The notes under the pieces: model-generated
Told to the model about the DNA's origin: nothing
Databases searched by the model: none
The model's input: the letters and a program-made list of their open reading frames with translations, nothing else
Program-made: the position numbers and the translations under genes
In this document: positions 1 through 10,404 of the stretch, piece by piece
Numbering within the stretch: the stretch's first letter is position 1
Layout of the letters: the number at the start of each line of letters is the position of its first letter
Source of the DNA: an uncultured Fibrobacterota bacterium
GTDB lineage: Bacteria; Fibrobacterota; Chitinivibrionia; Chitinivibrionales; FEN-1185
Direction: 5' to 3'
Length of the DNA stretch: 64,000 nt
NCBI GenBank assembly: GCA_963729895.1
Contig: CAVSQB010000005.1
Span: forward strand, 352,001-416,000

Positions 1-31
1 ATCTTGCAATTGCTACGGGACGCCCGATTTC

Positions 32-691
32 TTATCTTAGCACTGATCCACCAGCCTTCTTTGCGGCGTCCAGTAGTTCAGCCGGGTTGACACGCACCTT
101 GATGTCGGGATTGTAATAAACAAAATGAATGACGCCCTTTTGGTCCACCACAAAGGCCGCCGGAACCGGCAGCAAATGAAGACTGTTACCGGTGCTTGAA
201 TCAAGGGATATGCCTCGGGCTTGCATCTTTGTCAGGATTTCCCCGCTCACTTGGTATGCCAGCCCGAATTTCCGCGTCAAATCCATGGACCGGTCCGAGA
301 GCAGGGTGTAGTTGATGTGATGCTTGCCCAGGCTTTCCCTGAGATTCTGGGGTTTGTCCAGACTTACGGCAATAATCTGGTAACCCATTTTTTTCAAATC
401 AGGTTCAATCTTCACCAATTGGTCCATCTGCAGGTTGCAGTAAGGGCACCAACCTCCGCGGTAAAAAATGACTACGCTGGGTTTTTGGGCGATAAGCTTT
501 TTGAATCCAACGCTTTTCCCTTTGATTGTCGACAGGAATCCATCCGGCACCGAATCTCCAACGGCGAGAGGATGGACTTCCTGGGCGGTGAGCGGCACGG
601 GATTTTGTTCGGGAGCCGCCAAAACTATTCTTCCGGGAAACAACAACAGAAACAGGAATTTTACGAAGCCGGTCATGAACGTGTTACGCAT
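32..691 (-). CDS. AhpC/TSA (peroxiredoxin-like) redoxin with signal peptide
   Basis: FYRGGWCPYC CxxC motif, thioredoxin-fold pattern, N-terminal hydrophobic leader; directly downstream of msrAB. Confidence 0.85.
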   Translation of the reverse strand: MRNTFMTGFVKFLFLLLFPGRIVLAAPEQNPVPLTAQEVHPLAVGDSVPDGFLSTIKGKSVGFKKLIAQKPSVVIFYRGGWCPYCNLQMDQLVKIEPDLKKMGYQIIAVSLDKPQNLRESLGKHHINYTLLSDRSMDLTRKFGLAYQVSGEILTKMQARGISLDSSTGNSLHLLPVPAAFVVDQKGVIHFVYYNPDIKVRVNPAELLDAAKKAGGSVLR

Positions 692-712
692 TTGTCACCT
701 TTCAATTGAAGG

Positions 713-1813
713 TTACTTCTTAAACATGGCGCTAAATTCTCCATAGCCATCTTTATCCAAATCTTTTGCGGGCACAAACCGCAGGGCTGCGGAGTCTATG
801 CAATAGCGCAGGTGGGCGGGCGGCGGGCCATCGTTGAACAGGTCTCCCAAATGAGAATTGCCCCAGCGGCTGCGCACCTCGGAACCCATGGTTGCCACGG
901 CGGAATGGTTCTTTTCAATCACGTTTGCCGCGACCAACGGCTTGGTGAAGCTTGGCCAGCCGGTGCCGGACTCGAACTTGTCCTTTGAGCTAAAAAGTGG
1001 CTCGCCGGTAACGATGTCAACGTAAATCCCTTCTTCATGGTTGTTCCAAAAGGGATTTTTGAACGGCGGTTCCGTTCCCTTTTCCTGGGTTACTTCGTAT
1101 TCGATGGGCGAAAGCATTTTCTTGAGAATCGAATCCGGGGGCCTTGAGAATACACTCACGGCAACGGTGTCCGCTTTCCAGCCCTTGTCCTTCCATGTCT
1201 TCTCCAAAAACCGGTCCCTGCCGGAGCCGTCCCGGTATCTGTGGTAATCCTCCGGATTTTTCAGATAATAGTCCTGGTGATAGCCCTCTGCTTCGTAAAA
1301 AGTTGAAGCCGGGATTATCCTGGTGACTACGGTTTGTTTTCCAAACACCCCTGCATGTTCCAGGCTCATTTTTGTCGCCTCGGCCAGCGTTCTCTGTTGA
1401 AGGGTGTGGTAGAAAATCACGGATTGATATTGGGGGCCGCGGTCAACGAACTGGCCGCCTGCATCTGTCGGATCGTTGGATCTCCAGAAGGCGTTCAGAA
1501 GTTGCAGGTAACTGATTTTTCGAGGATCGTAGGTTACCTGGATCGACTCCATGTGTCCCGTTCCCCCGGCGCCAACCTCTTCGTATTTCGGATTGGCCTT
1601 TGTTCCACCGGTATAACCCGCCAATACTTTGGTGACTCCGCTGAGCTTTTCAAAGGGTGGCTCCATGCACCAGAAACAGCCGCCGGCAAACGTCGCCGTT
1701 GCGGTGTCCTTTGAAAAAACCGGGACCGTGGCTTGTGTGCCTTCTTCCGATGCCTGCTTGCCGGAACAAGAGAGAGCCATAGCGCACAAAACAACTGCAC
1801 CTGCTAGTTTCAT
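713..1813 (-). CDS. msrAB: Bifunctional peptide methionine sulfoxide reductase MsrA/MsrB, probable lipoprotein
   Basis: MsrA GGCFWC and AEGYHQDYY; MsrB GTGWPSF and RYC; lipobox-like ALSC after the ATG at 1813 (ORF track starts at 1888). Confidence 0.92.
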   Translation of the reverse strand: MKLAGAVVLCAMALSCSGKQASEEGTQATVPVFSKDTATATFAGGCFWCMEPPFEKLSGVTKVLAGYTGGTKANPKYEEVGAGGTGHMESIQVTYDPRKISYLQLLNAFWRSNDPTDAGGQFVDRGPQYQSVIFYHTLQQRTLAEATKMSLEHAGVFGKQTVVTRIIPASTFYEAEGYHQDYYLKNPEDYHRYRDGSGRDRFLEKTWKDKGWKADTVAVSVFSRPPDSILKKMLSPIEYEVTQEKGTEPPFKNPFWNNHEEGIYVDIVTGEPLFSSKDKFESGTGWPSFTKPLVAANVIEKNHSAVATMGSEVRSRWGNSHLGDLFNDGPPPAHLRYCIDSAALRFVPAKDLDKDGYGEFSAMFKK

Positions 1814-2039
1814 CGGCGGGCCTGCTTTCTTTGTGTCGGTTAGGGGAAACATCTGCTTCATACTAATTGCCTGCAAAGAAGATGCCATAAATGTGAATAA
1901 TCAAACCTGTTTGGATGACTGAGCCGGAAAATACAAACAACTAAATGCATCTGGATAGCTGTGCCGGGTGACCCCCAAGTGAGTTTATTTGCGAGAATCA
2001 AATTCTCTGCTGTGGGGCGCCCAAAAATCAAGAGCAAGA

Positions 2040-2440
2040 AGCGGGCGTTCCCCTCGCTACGCTCGGGTCGGCCCTCCCTTCAGGCCACCCCTTCGGGTGC
2101 TTCTCCCCCGTCGGGGATTTCCAAGGGTCACAAAGGGTCGTCGGCTGGTCAGCCTCGGTGCCGGATCGCCCCTATGCCTTCGGCGGGGCCGACCGGCACT
2201 GTGCTTCTGCACACCTTACGGTCGTGCCTAACGCGAGAAACAAGAACGCAAAGGTATTTTAGGTTTTCCCCTCAGTGGTGCAGCTGCGTCCGGAAGACCA
2301 AGGGCACTGTATTTGGTATTGCATTTTGTTAACCGGGTGCTTGTACGGTGCGCGCAACTGAAGGTACGGGCTTGCCAAGGGTGCATCCACGCCGCACCGG
2401 CTCGGCAATCCATAAAACCATTTTGATATTGGCGCATCAG
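2040..2440 (-). repeat. Modular structured non-coding element, copy A
   Basis: Reverse complement of 2302-2412 matches 5864-5974 at 108/111 nt; similarity continues to ~2040; boundaries approximate. Confidence 0.9.
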
Positions 2441-2560
2441 CCCGGTAAACCAACATGGCATTTGACTTGAAGTATTCTAGCCTTCCTCATTTGACAATAT
2501 TATTTTAATTTGTAATCCTCGTTCTCACCGTCATCCCACGTTCTTCCCAGGAGGTTGCTC

Positions 2561-3322
2561 ATGCCGCGATCCCATTCGTACGGCTGGACCCCGGACCTTC
2601 CGGACCATCGCGACGTCCGCTATTCCCTTGTGTACAAAGTCCCGGCAGTGATACCGGGGCAGCAGGATTTGCGTCCCCTGTGCCCGGCCGTGGAAAATCA
2701 GGGCAGGCTCGGAAGCTGCACCGCTCACGCGCTCACCGGAGCGCTCGAGGTCCTGGAGAAAAAAGACGGCCTGCCGGTGGCGCAGATGAGCAGGCTTTTC
2801 GTGTATTACAACGAGCGCGCCATAGAGCATACGGTTTCGCAGGACAGCGGTGCGCGGATACGCGACGGCATCAAGTCGCTTGTCAAGCAGGGCTGTTGCC
2901 GCGAAGCACGGTGGCCGTATGTGATATCCAAATTCAAATCAAAACCCGGCGTCGCGTGTTTCAAGGACGGCCTGGAGCACCAGGTGATCTCGTATCAGCG
3001 TATCGACACCCTCGACCAGATGCGGTCATGCCTTGCGGACGGGTTCCCGTTCGTTTTCGGCTTTACCGTGTACGAAAGCTTCGAATCGCAGGCGGTCGCG
3101 GAAAGCGGCATCGTGCCCATGCCGGGGACCGGGGAGCGCGCGCTCGGCGGCCACGCGGTCCTGGCGGTCGGGTACAACGATGCACAAAAGAGAATAACCG
3201 TCCGCAATTCCTGGGGCGCCGATTGGGGCATGCAGGGCTATTTCACCATGCCGTACGAGTATGTTTCCAACCGGGACCTGTCCGACGATTTCTGGACCGT
3301 GCGGCGCGGGGAGAAGATGTAG
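2561..3322 (+). CDS. C1A papain-family cysteine peptidase (xylellain-like)
   Basis: QGRLGSCTA (catalytic Cys), GGHAV (His), RNSWG (Asn); GGAGG RBS before the ATG at 2561. Confidence 0.92.
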   Translation: MPRSHSYGWTPDLPDHRDVRYSLVYKVPAVIPGQQDLRPLCPAVENQGRLGSCTAHALTGALEVLEKKDGLPVAQMSRLFVYYNERAIEHTVSQDSGARIRDGIKSLVKQGCCREARWPYVISKFKSKPGVACFKDGLEHQVISYQRIDTLDQMRSCLADGFPFVFGFTVYESFESQAVAESGIVPMPGTGERALGGHAVLAVGYNDAQKRITVRNSWGADWGMQGYFTMPYEYVSNRDLSDDFWTVRRGEKM

Positions 3323-3443
3323 CGCGAAAGGCGCTGGTTTCAATCCTGGCCGGGAAGGCGTGAACCTATTTTCTTAATCTGACGACTATTATTATTGAGT
3401 GAGGGACGGTCGCCGCCGAGCAAAGTGTCGAAGGAGGTTCAAT

Positions 3444-4040
3444 ATGTCGACATTAAGAAAGTTTCTGTTTTTCTTCGCACTTGCGGTAATAGTCGTTCGT
3501 CCATCAATCGCTGCGGATTCGCTTGTTGTCAGTCCACAGAACCCCACGATAATGGACTCGATCAGGTTGAGCATTCTAGCTATAGATTGGAGCTGCTGCA
3601 CCCAATTTTCTTACGACTCAACCGTCGTTGTTCTCGTAAACGATTCCACAATCGCGCTCAGCTTCACGGCTCAGGTGATTGTTTGTCCATGCCCCTCCAA
3701 CCCTGTGGCACCGGTTCTCACCTACAAAAGAGGACCACTGCCCGCGAGAAAGTATTCTGTGTACGAGCAATATCAGTCGTGCACCGGCCAGGTCTGTTCG
3801 GATCTCGTCGTGCAGGCATTCATCGGCACATTCAGGGTCTCGGTACCGACCGCCACGGTCTTTCATCAGAAACCGGTGCCGCTGGAGAGCATCGGGAAAA
3901 TTTCCGCGAACGGGCGCGTCTATGATATTCGCGGAGCGCTGGTGTCTCCTGACCGGATCAACGCGTCGAAACGGAGCCCCGGAGTGTATTTTATCAAGCC
4001 GGATGAGCGCTCGGCCGCGCAGCTGAAGATTTGGTATTGA
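3444..4040 (+). CDS. Secreted Cys-rich hypothetical protein with C-terminal sorting-domain-like tail
   Basis: AGGAGG RBS, signal peptide, tail RVYDIRGALV...PGVYFIK. Confidence 0.7.
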   Translation: MSTLRKFLFFFALAVIVVRPSIAADSLVVSPQNPTIMDSIRLSILAIDWSCCTQFSYDSTVVVLVNDSTIALSFTAQVIVCPCPSNPVAPVLTYKRGPLPARKYSVYEQYQSCTGQVCSDLVVQAFIGTFRVSVPTATVFHQKPVPLESIGKISANGRVYDIRGALVSPDRINASKRSPGVYFIKPDERSAAQLKIWY

Positions 4041-4117
4041 CAAAAACGAGTTGCACGTCATCGCACTAAAGGGAAGAAGGGCCGTTGCCCCGATAAGAAT
4101 TATCTTTCAAACAAAGC

Positions 4118-4906
4118 ATGATAACGGAAAATACAGCCCGGTTCAGGTTCTACGAAGAGCTCAACGACTTTCTGCCTCTTGACAGGCGCAAAACGCAATT
4201 CACCTGCTCGTTTTCCGGCACTCCATCGGTAAAGGACGCGATCGAGGCGATCGGCGTGCCGCACACGGAAATCGATCTCATTGTTGTAAACGGCCAATCG
4301 GCCGGCTTCGAGTTTCGCTTGAAGAACAACGACGAGGTTTCGGTATACCCGGTGTTCGAATCGCTGGACATTTCGCCGATTGCAAGGCTTCGCGAGGCGC
4401 CGCTTTGCGGGCCGAGGTTCATCTGCGACGTTCACCTGGGCGCGCTGGCGCGGCTGCTGCGCCTGGCCGGGTTCGACACCGCGTACCAAAACGACTATTC
4501 CGACGAAAGGATCGTGAGCATCGCGCTGCTCGAAAAACGCTGCGTGCTCACGCGGGACAGAGGGATTCTCAAACGGAAAGCGGTCACCCACGGGTATTGC
4601 GTGCGGAGCAGCAATCCCGAAGAACAGGCGCGCGAGGTGCTGCTGCGGTTTGATCTGTGGAATGCCGCAAGGCCGTTTTCTCTGTGCATCACGTGCAACG
4701 GCGCAATCGGCGGGGTCAACAAGCAGGATATTCTTGCGTTGTTGCCGGAAATGACCCGGAAGTGCTACGATGAGTTTTACAGGTGCGGCTCATGCGGAAA
4801 AGTGTACTGGCGGGGCGGTCATTTCGAAAACCTCAGGAAACTGGCGGGCGACCTGACCGCACCGCCCGCTGCGCCGGCGGATGTGACGGCGCGCCGGGAC
4901 CTATGA
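4118..4906 (+). CDS. Ubiquitin-like/Mut7-C RNase (PIN + Zn ribbon) protein
   Basis: FRFYEELNDFL...GVPHTEID N-domain; FICDVHLGALARLLR; LTRD; CITCNG and CGSCGKVYWRGGH. Confidence 0.88.
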   Translation: MITENTARFRFYEELNDFLPLDRRKTQFTCSFSGTPSVKDAIEAIGVPHTEIDLIVVNGQSAGFEFRLKNNDEVSVYPVFESLDISPIARLREAPLCGPRFICDVHLGALARLLRLAGFDTAYQNDYSDERIVSIALLEKRCVLTRDRGILKRKAVTHGYCVRSSNPEEQAREVLLRFDLWNAARPFSLCITCNGAIGGVNKQDILALLPEMTRKCYDEFYRCGSCGKVYWRGGHFENLRKLAGDLTAPPAAPADVTARRDL

Positions 4907-5632
4907 CGCGGCCGCATCCATCACCGTTTCCCAGTCGTAGACGCCCGCTATCGCCCGCCCCGGCCTCACCACCAGGAAATCCTCGGCATACCAGTTGCCG
5001 GACATCAGATTGCGGACCAGCGACAGACTGCCTTCGAGCTGCACATATTCCTTCTTCTCGGCGACCGCCTTCCCCCTGCACATCTGGATGCACTCCCTGC
5101 TTTCCGTGGGTTTGATGTTGACGTACACGATTTTGCCCGTGTCCGGCCCGGTCATGGCGGCAAGGAGATGGTCCGCATTGTCCTCTCCGTAAAGCCTTGC
5201 GTACAGCGCCCTTCGCTGCTGCGGCTCCTGGGCCCACGCGTGATGAACATGCGCCTCGGAACCTCGTTCAAGGTGGCCGCGTGACAGGAAGGACTGGCTC
5301 GGGCATTTCTCAAAATACCGGCGGAAGAGTTTCCTGGAACCGAGCAGTACGGTACAGCAGTCGTGCGCTCGCGGAATAACGAGCTGCGTTGAACGCGCAA
5401 CTATGCCGGCAGCGGCGTTCCCGCACAGGCCGTAGCAAAGAAGGACGGCGTCGTAAGCCCGGCTCCCACGCTCAACGCGGTCTATTTTCTCCTGGATCTC
5501 ATTTCGCAAGGCTTCCGGCCGGTCGTGCGAATCGATTGCGGTGAAGTCGAGGTCGATGCCGTGCGGCATGCCGGCCATGCAGGCGCAGATTTCCCGGGTG
5601 AACGTTTCGCAGGCGAGGAGTTTGAAGATCAT
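4901..5632 (-). CDS. DUF1638-like protein
   Basis: LLACE start, SHDRPEALR, YGLCGN and PRAHDCCTVLLGS pattern recalled for DUF1638; GGAG RBS. Confidence 0.7.
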   Translation of the reverse strand: MIFKLLACETFTREICACMAGMPHGIDLDFTAIDSHDRPEALRNEIQEKIDRVERGSRAYDAVLLCYGLCGNAAAGIVARSTQLVIPRAHDCCTVLLGSRKLFRRYFEKCPSQSFLSRGHLERGSEAHVHHAWAQEPQQRRALYARLYGEDNADHLLAAMTGPDTGKIVYVNIKPTESRECIQMCRGKAVAEKKEYVQLEGSLSLVRNLMSGNWYAEDFLVVRPGRAIAGVYDWETVMDAAAS

Positions 5633-5733
5633 TGGATTCTCCAATTAAAAATATTTGAAGAATTGAATGTGAAATGCTTTTTTCTAAAGGGGAGAAGTAT
5701 GTCTTGTCTCAAAAGCATACTAACATGCAATTT

Positions 5734-6240
5734 TGGATTGCTGAGCATGTGCGCGGATATCAAGATCAAGATAATATCTTTGTGTGCTGAGCCGGTGCGG
5801 CGTGGATGTCCCCGTTGCAATATCGAGATAAGGATATGGGCGCCCCGCTGCTAAGGGTGATTCTGGATTGCCGAGCCGGTGCGGCGTGGATGTACCCTTG
5901 GCAAGCCCGTACCTTCAGTTGCGCGCACCGTACAAGCACCCGGTTAACAAAATCCAATACTAAATACAGTGCCCCTGGTTTTCCGGCTGCAGCTGCGCCA
6001 CTGAGGAGGAGATGCAGAATACCTTTGCGTGCTTGCTTTTTGCGTTAGGCACGACCGTAAGGTGCGCTGGAGCGCAGTGCCGCCTGACCCCGGCCCGAAG
6101 GGCCATCGGGCCAGTGCGGCACCGAGGCTGACAAGCCGAGCCCGGAGGGAGAGCCGACCCCGGCCGCGCGCGGGGGCAGGTTTGAAGCCCGCCCCACCCG
6201 CGGCCGGGGTAACGCCCAGATTTCTTAATTGAATTCAAAT
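5734..6240 (+). repeat. Modular structured non-coding element, copy B (three reiterated head units)
   Basis: Heads at 5734, ~5783 and 5864; homologous to copies A, C and D; boundaries approximate. Confidence 0.9.
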
Positions 6241-6331
6241 CCCACATATTCAAATTCATCTCCCTCATATTTATTATTTTTCATCTTCCCCCAGCAGCGC
6301 CCGACAGACCCAGTCACAAAGGAGAAAGCCC

Positions 6332-7222
6332 ATGCCCGAAGCAGACGTCTCAAAAGCCGAAAAGAACTTCTATATCGACGTCCCGCAAAAGGGCGAGGTC
6401 TTCTTCCTCAAGGGTTCCAATTCCTACGACTGGGGAATGAAGAACAGGCTTGCCAGGATTTTCAACTGCGAGTCGGGAAGAACCGTGATGCTCGCGTTCG
6501 ACCACGGGTACTTCCAGGGACCCACCACCGGGCTCGAACGTCCGGACATCACCATTTTGCCGCTCGCGCCCTTTGCGGACGCACTCATGCTCACGCGGGG
6601 AATCCTGCGCTCGGTGATTCCGCCGTCGCTTAACAAGGCCACGGTCCTTCGCGCAAGCGGCGGGCCCAGCATACTCAAGGAGTTGTCAAACGAGCATATT
6701 GCCATGAACCTGGAAGATGCCGTCCGCGTCAACGCGTGCGCGGTCGCCACGCAGGTGTTTGTCGGCGGTGAATACGAGACGCAGTCGGTGATAAACCTCA
6801 CCAATCTGGTGGACGAGGGAAACAGGGTGGGAATGCCCGTGCTCGGCGTAACCGCGGTGGGCAAGGACATGGTGCGCGACGCCAAGTACATCAGGCTGGC
6901 CACGCGCATGTGCGCCGAGCTCGGAGCGGCATTTGTCAAGACGTACTTCGTGCCCGATTTCGAGACGGTCACGTCGGCGTGCCCGGTCCCCATCGTTATC
7001 GCGGGCGGCAAGAAACTTCCCGAGCTCGATGCGCTCAAGATGGCGCACGAGGCGATCAGCCAGGGCGCCGCGGGCGTGGACATGGGCCGCAATATCTTCC
7101 AGTCCGAGGCGCCCGTGGCCATGATCAAGGCGGTGCGCAAAGTCGTGCACGACAACATGAAGCCCGAGCAGGCGTTCGAGCTGTATCTCGCGCATGCAAA
7201 CCTGAAGAAACACAAGGCATGA
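6332..7222 (+). CDS. lsrF: LsrF-like class I aldolase/thiolase
   Basis: [50 protein letters not shown]. Confidence 0.88.
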   Translation: MPEADVSKAEKNFYIDVPQKGEVFFLKGSNSYDWGMKNRLARIFNCESGRTVMLAFDHGYFQGPTTGLERPDITILPLAPFADALMLTRGILRSVIPPSLNKATVLRASGGPSILKELSNEHIAMNLEDAVRVNACAVATQVFVGGEYETQSVINLTNLVDEGNRVGMPVLGVTAVGKDMVRDAKYIRLATRMCAELGAAFVKTYFVPDFETVTSACPVPIVIAGGKKLPELDALKMAHEAISQGAAGVDMGRNIFQSEAPVAMIKAVRKVVHDNMKPEQAFELYLAHANLKKHKA

Positions 7223-7941
7223 CTACAACGGTCAACCGGACAATCCGAGACAAAGCCCCGGCGCTGAGCGTGGGCGTACTCAGCGCAAATCTCATGAATC
7301 TGGCCGGCGATGTCGCGCTGCTCGAACAATGCGGCGTGACCCTGCTGCATTTCGACATCATGGACGGCCATTTTGCGCCGCAGCTCACCGCAGGGCCGTG
7401 GTTCGTAAAAGGCGTCAAAACGGGCCTGATCAAAGACGTCCATTTGATGATTGAGGACCCGCAGGAAACGATCCCCCTGTACGCCGCCGCCGGCGCCGAC
7501 ATCATCACGGTGCACGCGGAATCGTGCGTGCATGCGCGCTATGCGCTGCAGCTCATCGCGGCGCAGAAACGCGCCGGCGACCAGTCCCGCGGCGTCGCGC
7601 GGGGCATCGCGATCAACCCGGGTACGCCGCTGTCGGTACTCCACCCGCTGCTGGAGGAGGCCGATATCGTGACGCTCGTGGCGGTCAATCCGGGGTTCCC
7701 CGGGCAAAAACTCTATGCGGATACCGGCCGACGCGCGGAGCAGGTCCGCCTGTCAATCGCGCAGACCGGCCGCGACATCCTGCTCTGCATCGACGGCGGA
7801 GTGACAAAAGAGAACATGAAGGACGTCGCGCGCATGAAGCCGGACATCGTCGTGAGCGGCAGCGCGGTGTTCGAGAAGAACGCCGTGGCCGAGAACCTGA
7901 GCGCCATGACGGCCTTGCTGAGGGGAAACAAACATGGTTAG
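7219..7941 (+). CDS. Ribulose-phosphate 3-epimerase family protein (Rpe/LsrE-like)
   Basis: [42 protein letters not shown] overlap with the lsrF stop. Confidence 0.88.
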   Translation: MTTTVNRTIRDKAPALSVGVLSANLMNLAGDVALLEQCGVTLLHFDIMDGHFAPQLTAGPWFVKGVKTGLIKDVHLMIEDPQETIPLYAAAGADIITVHAESCVHARYALQLIAAQKRAGDQSRGVARGIAINPGTPLSVLHPLLEEADIVTLVAVNPGFPGQKLYADTGRRAEQVRLSIAQTGRDILLCIDGGVTKENMKDVARMKPDIVVSGSAVFEKNAVAENLSAMTALLRGNKHG

Positions 7942-10054
7942 AAATTCCTGGGTTCAGGCGGACGCGGACGAATTCGTAAGGGCCCGGAGCGGCGCCGCGG
8001 GCGCCGGGGTCGCGCTCCTTGCCTATACAACCAGGCTTGTCGGAAGCGAACCGGACCTTGCCATGCACGGCGGCGGCAATACCTCGCTCAAGACCACCGT
8101 TGTGACCCTCGCCGGCGAGGAGAAGAGCGCTTTGTTTGTCAAGGCCTCGGGCGCACCCATGGACGACATCGATCCGTCGGGGTTCGTGTGCCTCGACCGC
8201 CTCTCTCTGGCAAAGCTCCGCGCGGTGCCGTCGCTCACCGACGAGGCAATGGCCGGCCAGTTCCGCACCCACCTGCTCCTGCCGTCCAGTTTGCTTCCGT
8301 CAATCGAAACGCTGATGCACGCGTTTGTCGGCAGCGCGGCGGTGGTGCACACGCATCCTGCGGCCGTTCTTGCCCTTACCAACCGCGACAACTCCGGCGA
8401 CGCGATCGCGCAGGCCCTGGGCAACGGCGTGGGCGTCGTGCCGTACGTGAGCGCGGGCCTGGGGCTTGGGCGCGCGGCGGCCGACCTGCTCGACGCGAAC
8501 AGGGAACTCCGCGCGATTGTGGCGGTCCATCACGGCCTCATCACCGTTGGCGCGTCCATCAAGCAGGCATACGACGCAACCGTGGAACTGGTAAACCGCG
8601 CCGAGGACTATATCCGCGCGAACCGGCGGCGGGGCATCACACTTGACATAAGCACATCGGTGGAAACCGCGCACTCGCGGTACCTCAAACTGGCGCCCGT
8701 GCTGCGGGGGCTTTTGTCGCCCGCGTCCGGAGATCCGGACACCCCGAAGGTGCCCCTGTCGCTCGCGCCGCTCATCACCCCGGAAATCCTGGGGCTGCTG
8801 GGCTCCGGCCAGGGGCGGGGCATTGCGCTGTCGCCGCCCCTCACGCCCGATTACGCGGTGCGGACGAAGTCGTTCCCGCTGTTTGTGGATAATCCACGCT
8901 ACGACGACCCTGCCGAGCTCAATCGTCAACTGGCGCGGGACATAGCCATGTTTTCCAGCCGGTACCAGGCCTATGTTCAGAAGTACGCATCGCGCCTTCC
9001 GAAATTCGACGACGCCGCAGGGTTCGATGCGTTGCCGAGAGTGGTTTTTTTGCCCGGGCTCGGCGCGGTGTGCGCGGGACGCGACATCCACATGGCGACC
9101 GTGGTGCGCGACATCACTTTGCAGGCCTTTGAGGTAAAGCGCGCAATTTACGAAACGGGGGGCGCCTATCGCGGGCTTGCCGAAGAACATCTGTTCGATA
9201 TGGAATTCAGGGCGCTGCAGGTTGCCAAGATGGAACGCCCGGAGCATAAATCACTGCGCGGGGCAAGCGCGCTCGTCACCGGGTCTGCCGGTGCGATCGG
9301 CGCCGGGATCTGCGAGGCGCTTTTGGCGGAGGGCTGCAACGTGGCGGTCACCGATCTTGCCGGCGGGGCGCTTGCATCCATGGAGCAGGAACTGAAGAAG
9401 ACATACGGCGATCGCGTGCTCGGCGTGGCTTGTGACGTAACGGACCCCGCATCGGTGGCCGTCGCGTTCGAAGCCGCCGTGGCGGCCTTCGGCGGCGTGG
9501 ACATCGTGGTGTCCAACGCGGGACTTGCCCACGTATCGCCGCTTGCGGAAATGGACCTCGACGCATTCCGCAAACTCGAGCGCGTCAACATCGACGGGAC
9601 TCTGCTCGTGATTGCCGAAGCCGGGCGGCTGCTGCGGCTTCAGAATACCGGCGGCGACATCGTACTCGTGTCCACCAAGAACGTATTTGCGCCCGGCGCG
9701 AAATTCGGCGCGTACAGCGCCACCAAGGCCGCCGCGCACCAGATCGCACGCATCGCGAGCCTCGAATTCGCCGACATGGGAGTGCGTGTGAACATGGTGT
9801 CGCCCGATGCGGTGTTTTCGCACGGGTCAACAAAATCGGGGCTGTGGCGGCAGGTGGGGCCCGACCGCATGAAGGCCCGCGGCCTCGATGAAAAGGGGCT
9901 TGAGGAGTACTACCGCCAGCGCAACCTGCTCAAGGCAAAGGTCACGGCCCGGCACGTGGCCAGGGCCGTGCTGTTCTTTGTGACCCACCAGACCCCCACC
10001 ACAGGCGCCACCATTCCGGTTGACGGCGGGTTGCCTGATGCGACGCCGAGATAG
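7934..10054 (+). CDS. Bifunctional class II aldolase / short-chain dehydrogenase
   Basis: HGGGNTSLK, VKASG, PSIETLMH, HTH and HHGL (aldolase); TGSAGAIG, SNAG and YSATK (SDR). Confidence 0.9.
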   Translation: MVRNSWVQADADEFVRARSGAAGAGVALLAYTTRLVGSEPDLAMHGGGNTSLKTTVVTLAGEEKSALFVKASGAPMDDIDPSGFVCLDRLSLAKLRAVPSLTDEAMAGQFRTHLLLPSSLLPSIETLMHAFVGSAAVVHTHPAAVLALTNRDNSGDAIAQALGNGVGVVPYVSAGLGLGRAAADLLDANRELRAIVAVHHGLITVGASIKQAYDATVELVNRAEDYIRANRRRGITLDISTSVETAHSRYLKLAPVLRGLLSPASGDPDTPKVPLSLAPLITPEILGLLGSGQGRGIALSPPLTPDYAVRTKSFPLFVDNPRYDDPAELNRQLARDIAMFSSRYQAYVQKYASRLPKFDDAAGFDALPRVVFLPGLGAVCAGRDIHMATVVRDITLQAFEVKRAIYETGGAYRGLAEEHLFDMEFRALQVAKMERPEHKSLRGASALVTGSAGAIGAGICEALLAEGCNVAVTDLAGGALASMEQELKKTYGDRVLGVACDVTDPASVAVAFEAAVAAFGGVDIVVSNAGLAHVSPLAEMDLDAFRKLERVNIDGTLLVIAEAGRLLRLQNTGGDIVLVSTKNVFAPGAKFGAYSATKAAAHQIARIASLEFADMGVRVNMVSPDAVFSHGSTKSGLWRQVGPDRMKARGLDEKGLEEYYRQRNLLKAKVTARHVARAVLFFVTHQTPTTGATIPVDGGLPDATPR

Positions 10055-10059
10055 AATTA

Positions 10060-10404
10060 ATTTGAATTTGATTTTTTTGGGGGGAAGGTTCCCCCTCGCT
10101 CCGGCCCGCAAAGCCGGTCCTCCGCTACCCCCTCCTGGGTGCACCCCTCGAAAGGCAGTTGCAAGAATCGACCTTGTGTTGCGGGGGCACCCGCGGAGAG
10201 CGGTTGAAAATTGACGGAGAGGAACATCAGATCTTTGCTGTTGTTGCGTTGAGCCTGGTTGTTGAAGAACTCGCCGTTCACTGCTGACGAATACGCCTCA
10301 ACTCCGTACATTCGCATGCGGGCGTAGTGCTCAGGTCGAACAGCGGTTCACTTGTGCTTGCAAAGGATGCTTTCTTGCCTTTCCTTGTAACCGGGTCCTT
10401 CTAG
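10060..10404 (-). repeat. Modular element copy D, distal part (separated from its head by the IS5)
   Basis: AACCGGGTCCTTCTAG rejoins GGTGCGCGCAAC across the IS and matches AACCGGGTGCTTGTACGGTGCGCGCAAC of copy A; tail motifs GCACCC..GGGGT and AGCGAGGGG(G)AAC shared with copy A. Confidence 0.65.

Noticed and set aside
2228..2461. Short ORFs sharing DCRAGAAWM.PWQ (also 5806-6048 and 11641-11850)
   Set aside because: They are translations of the repeat element; starts and stops differ between copies, and substitutions preserve base pairing rather than codons
5734..5900. Reiterated heads as a CRISPR array
   Set aside because: Only two or three degenerate units with irregular spacing, linkers shared between copies, and no cas genes in the window
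5873..5946. GAGCCGGTGCGG...GCACCCGGTT resembles group II intron domain V
   Set aside because: The intervening segment is far longer than a domain V loop, copy D lacks the AGC triad, and no domain VI, 5' splice motif or RT gene is evident
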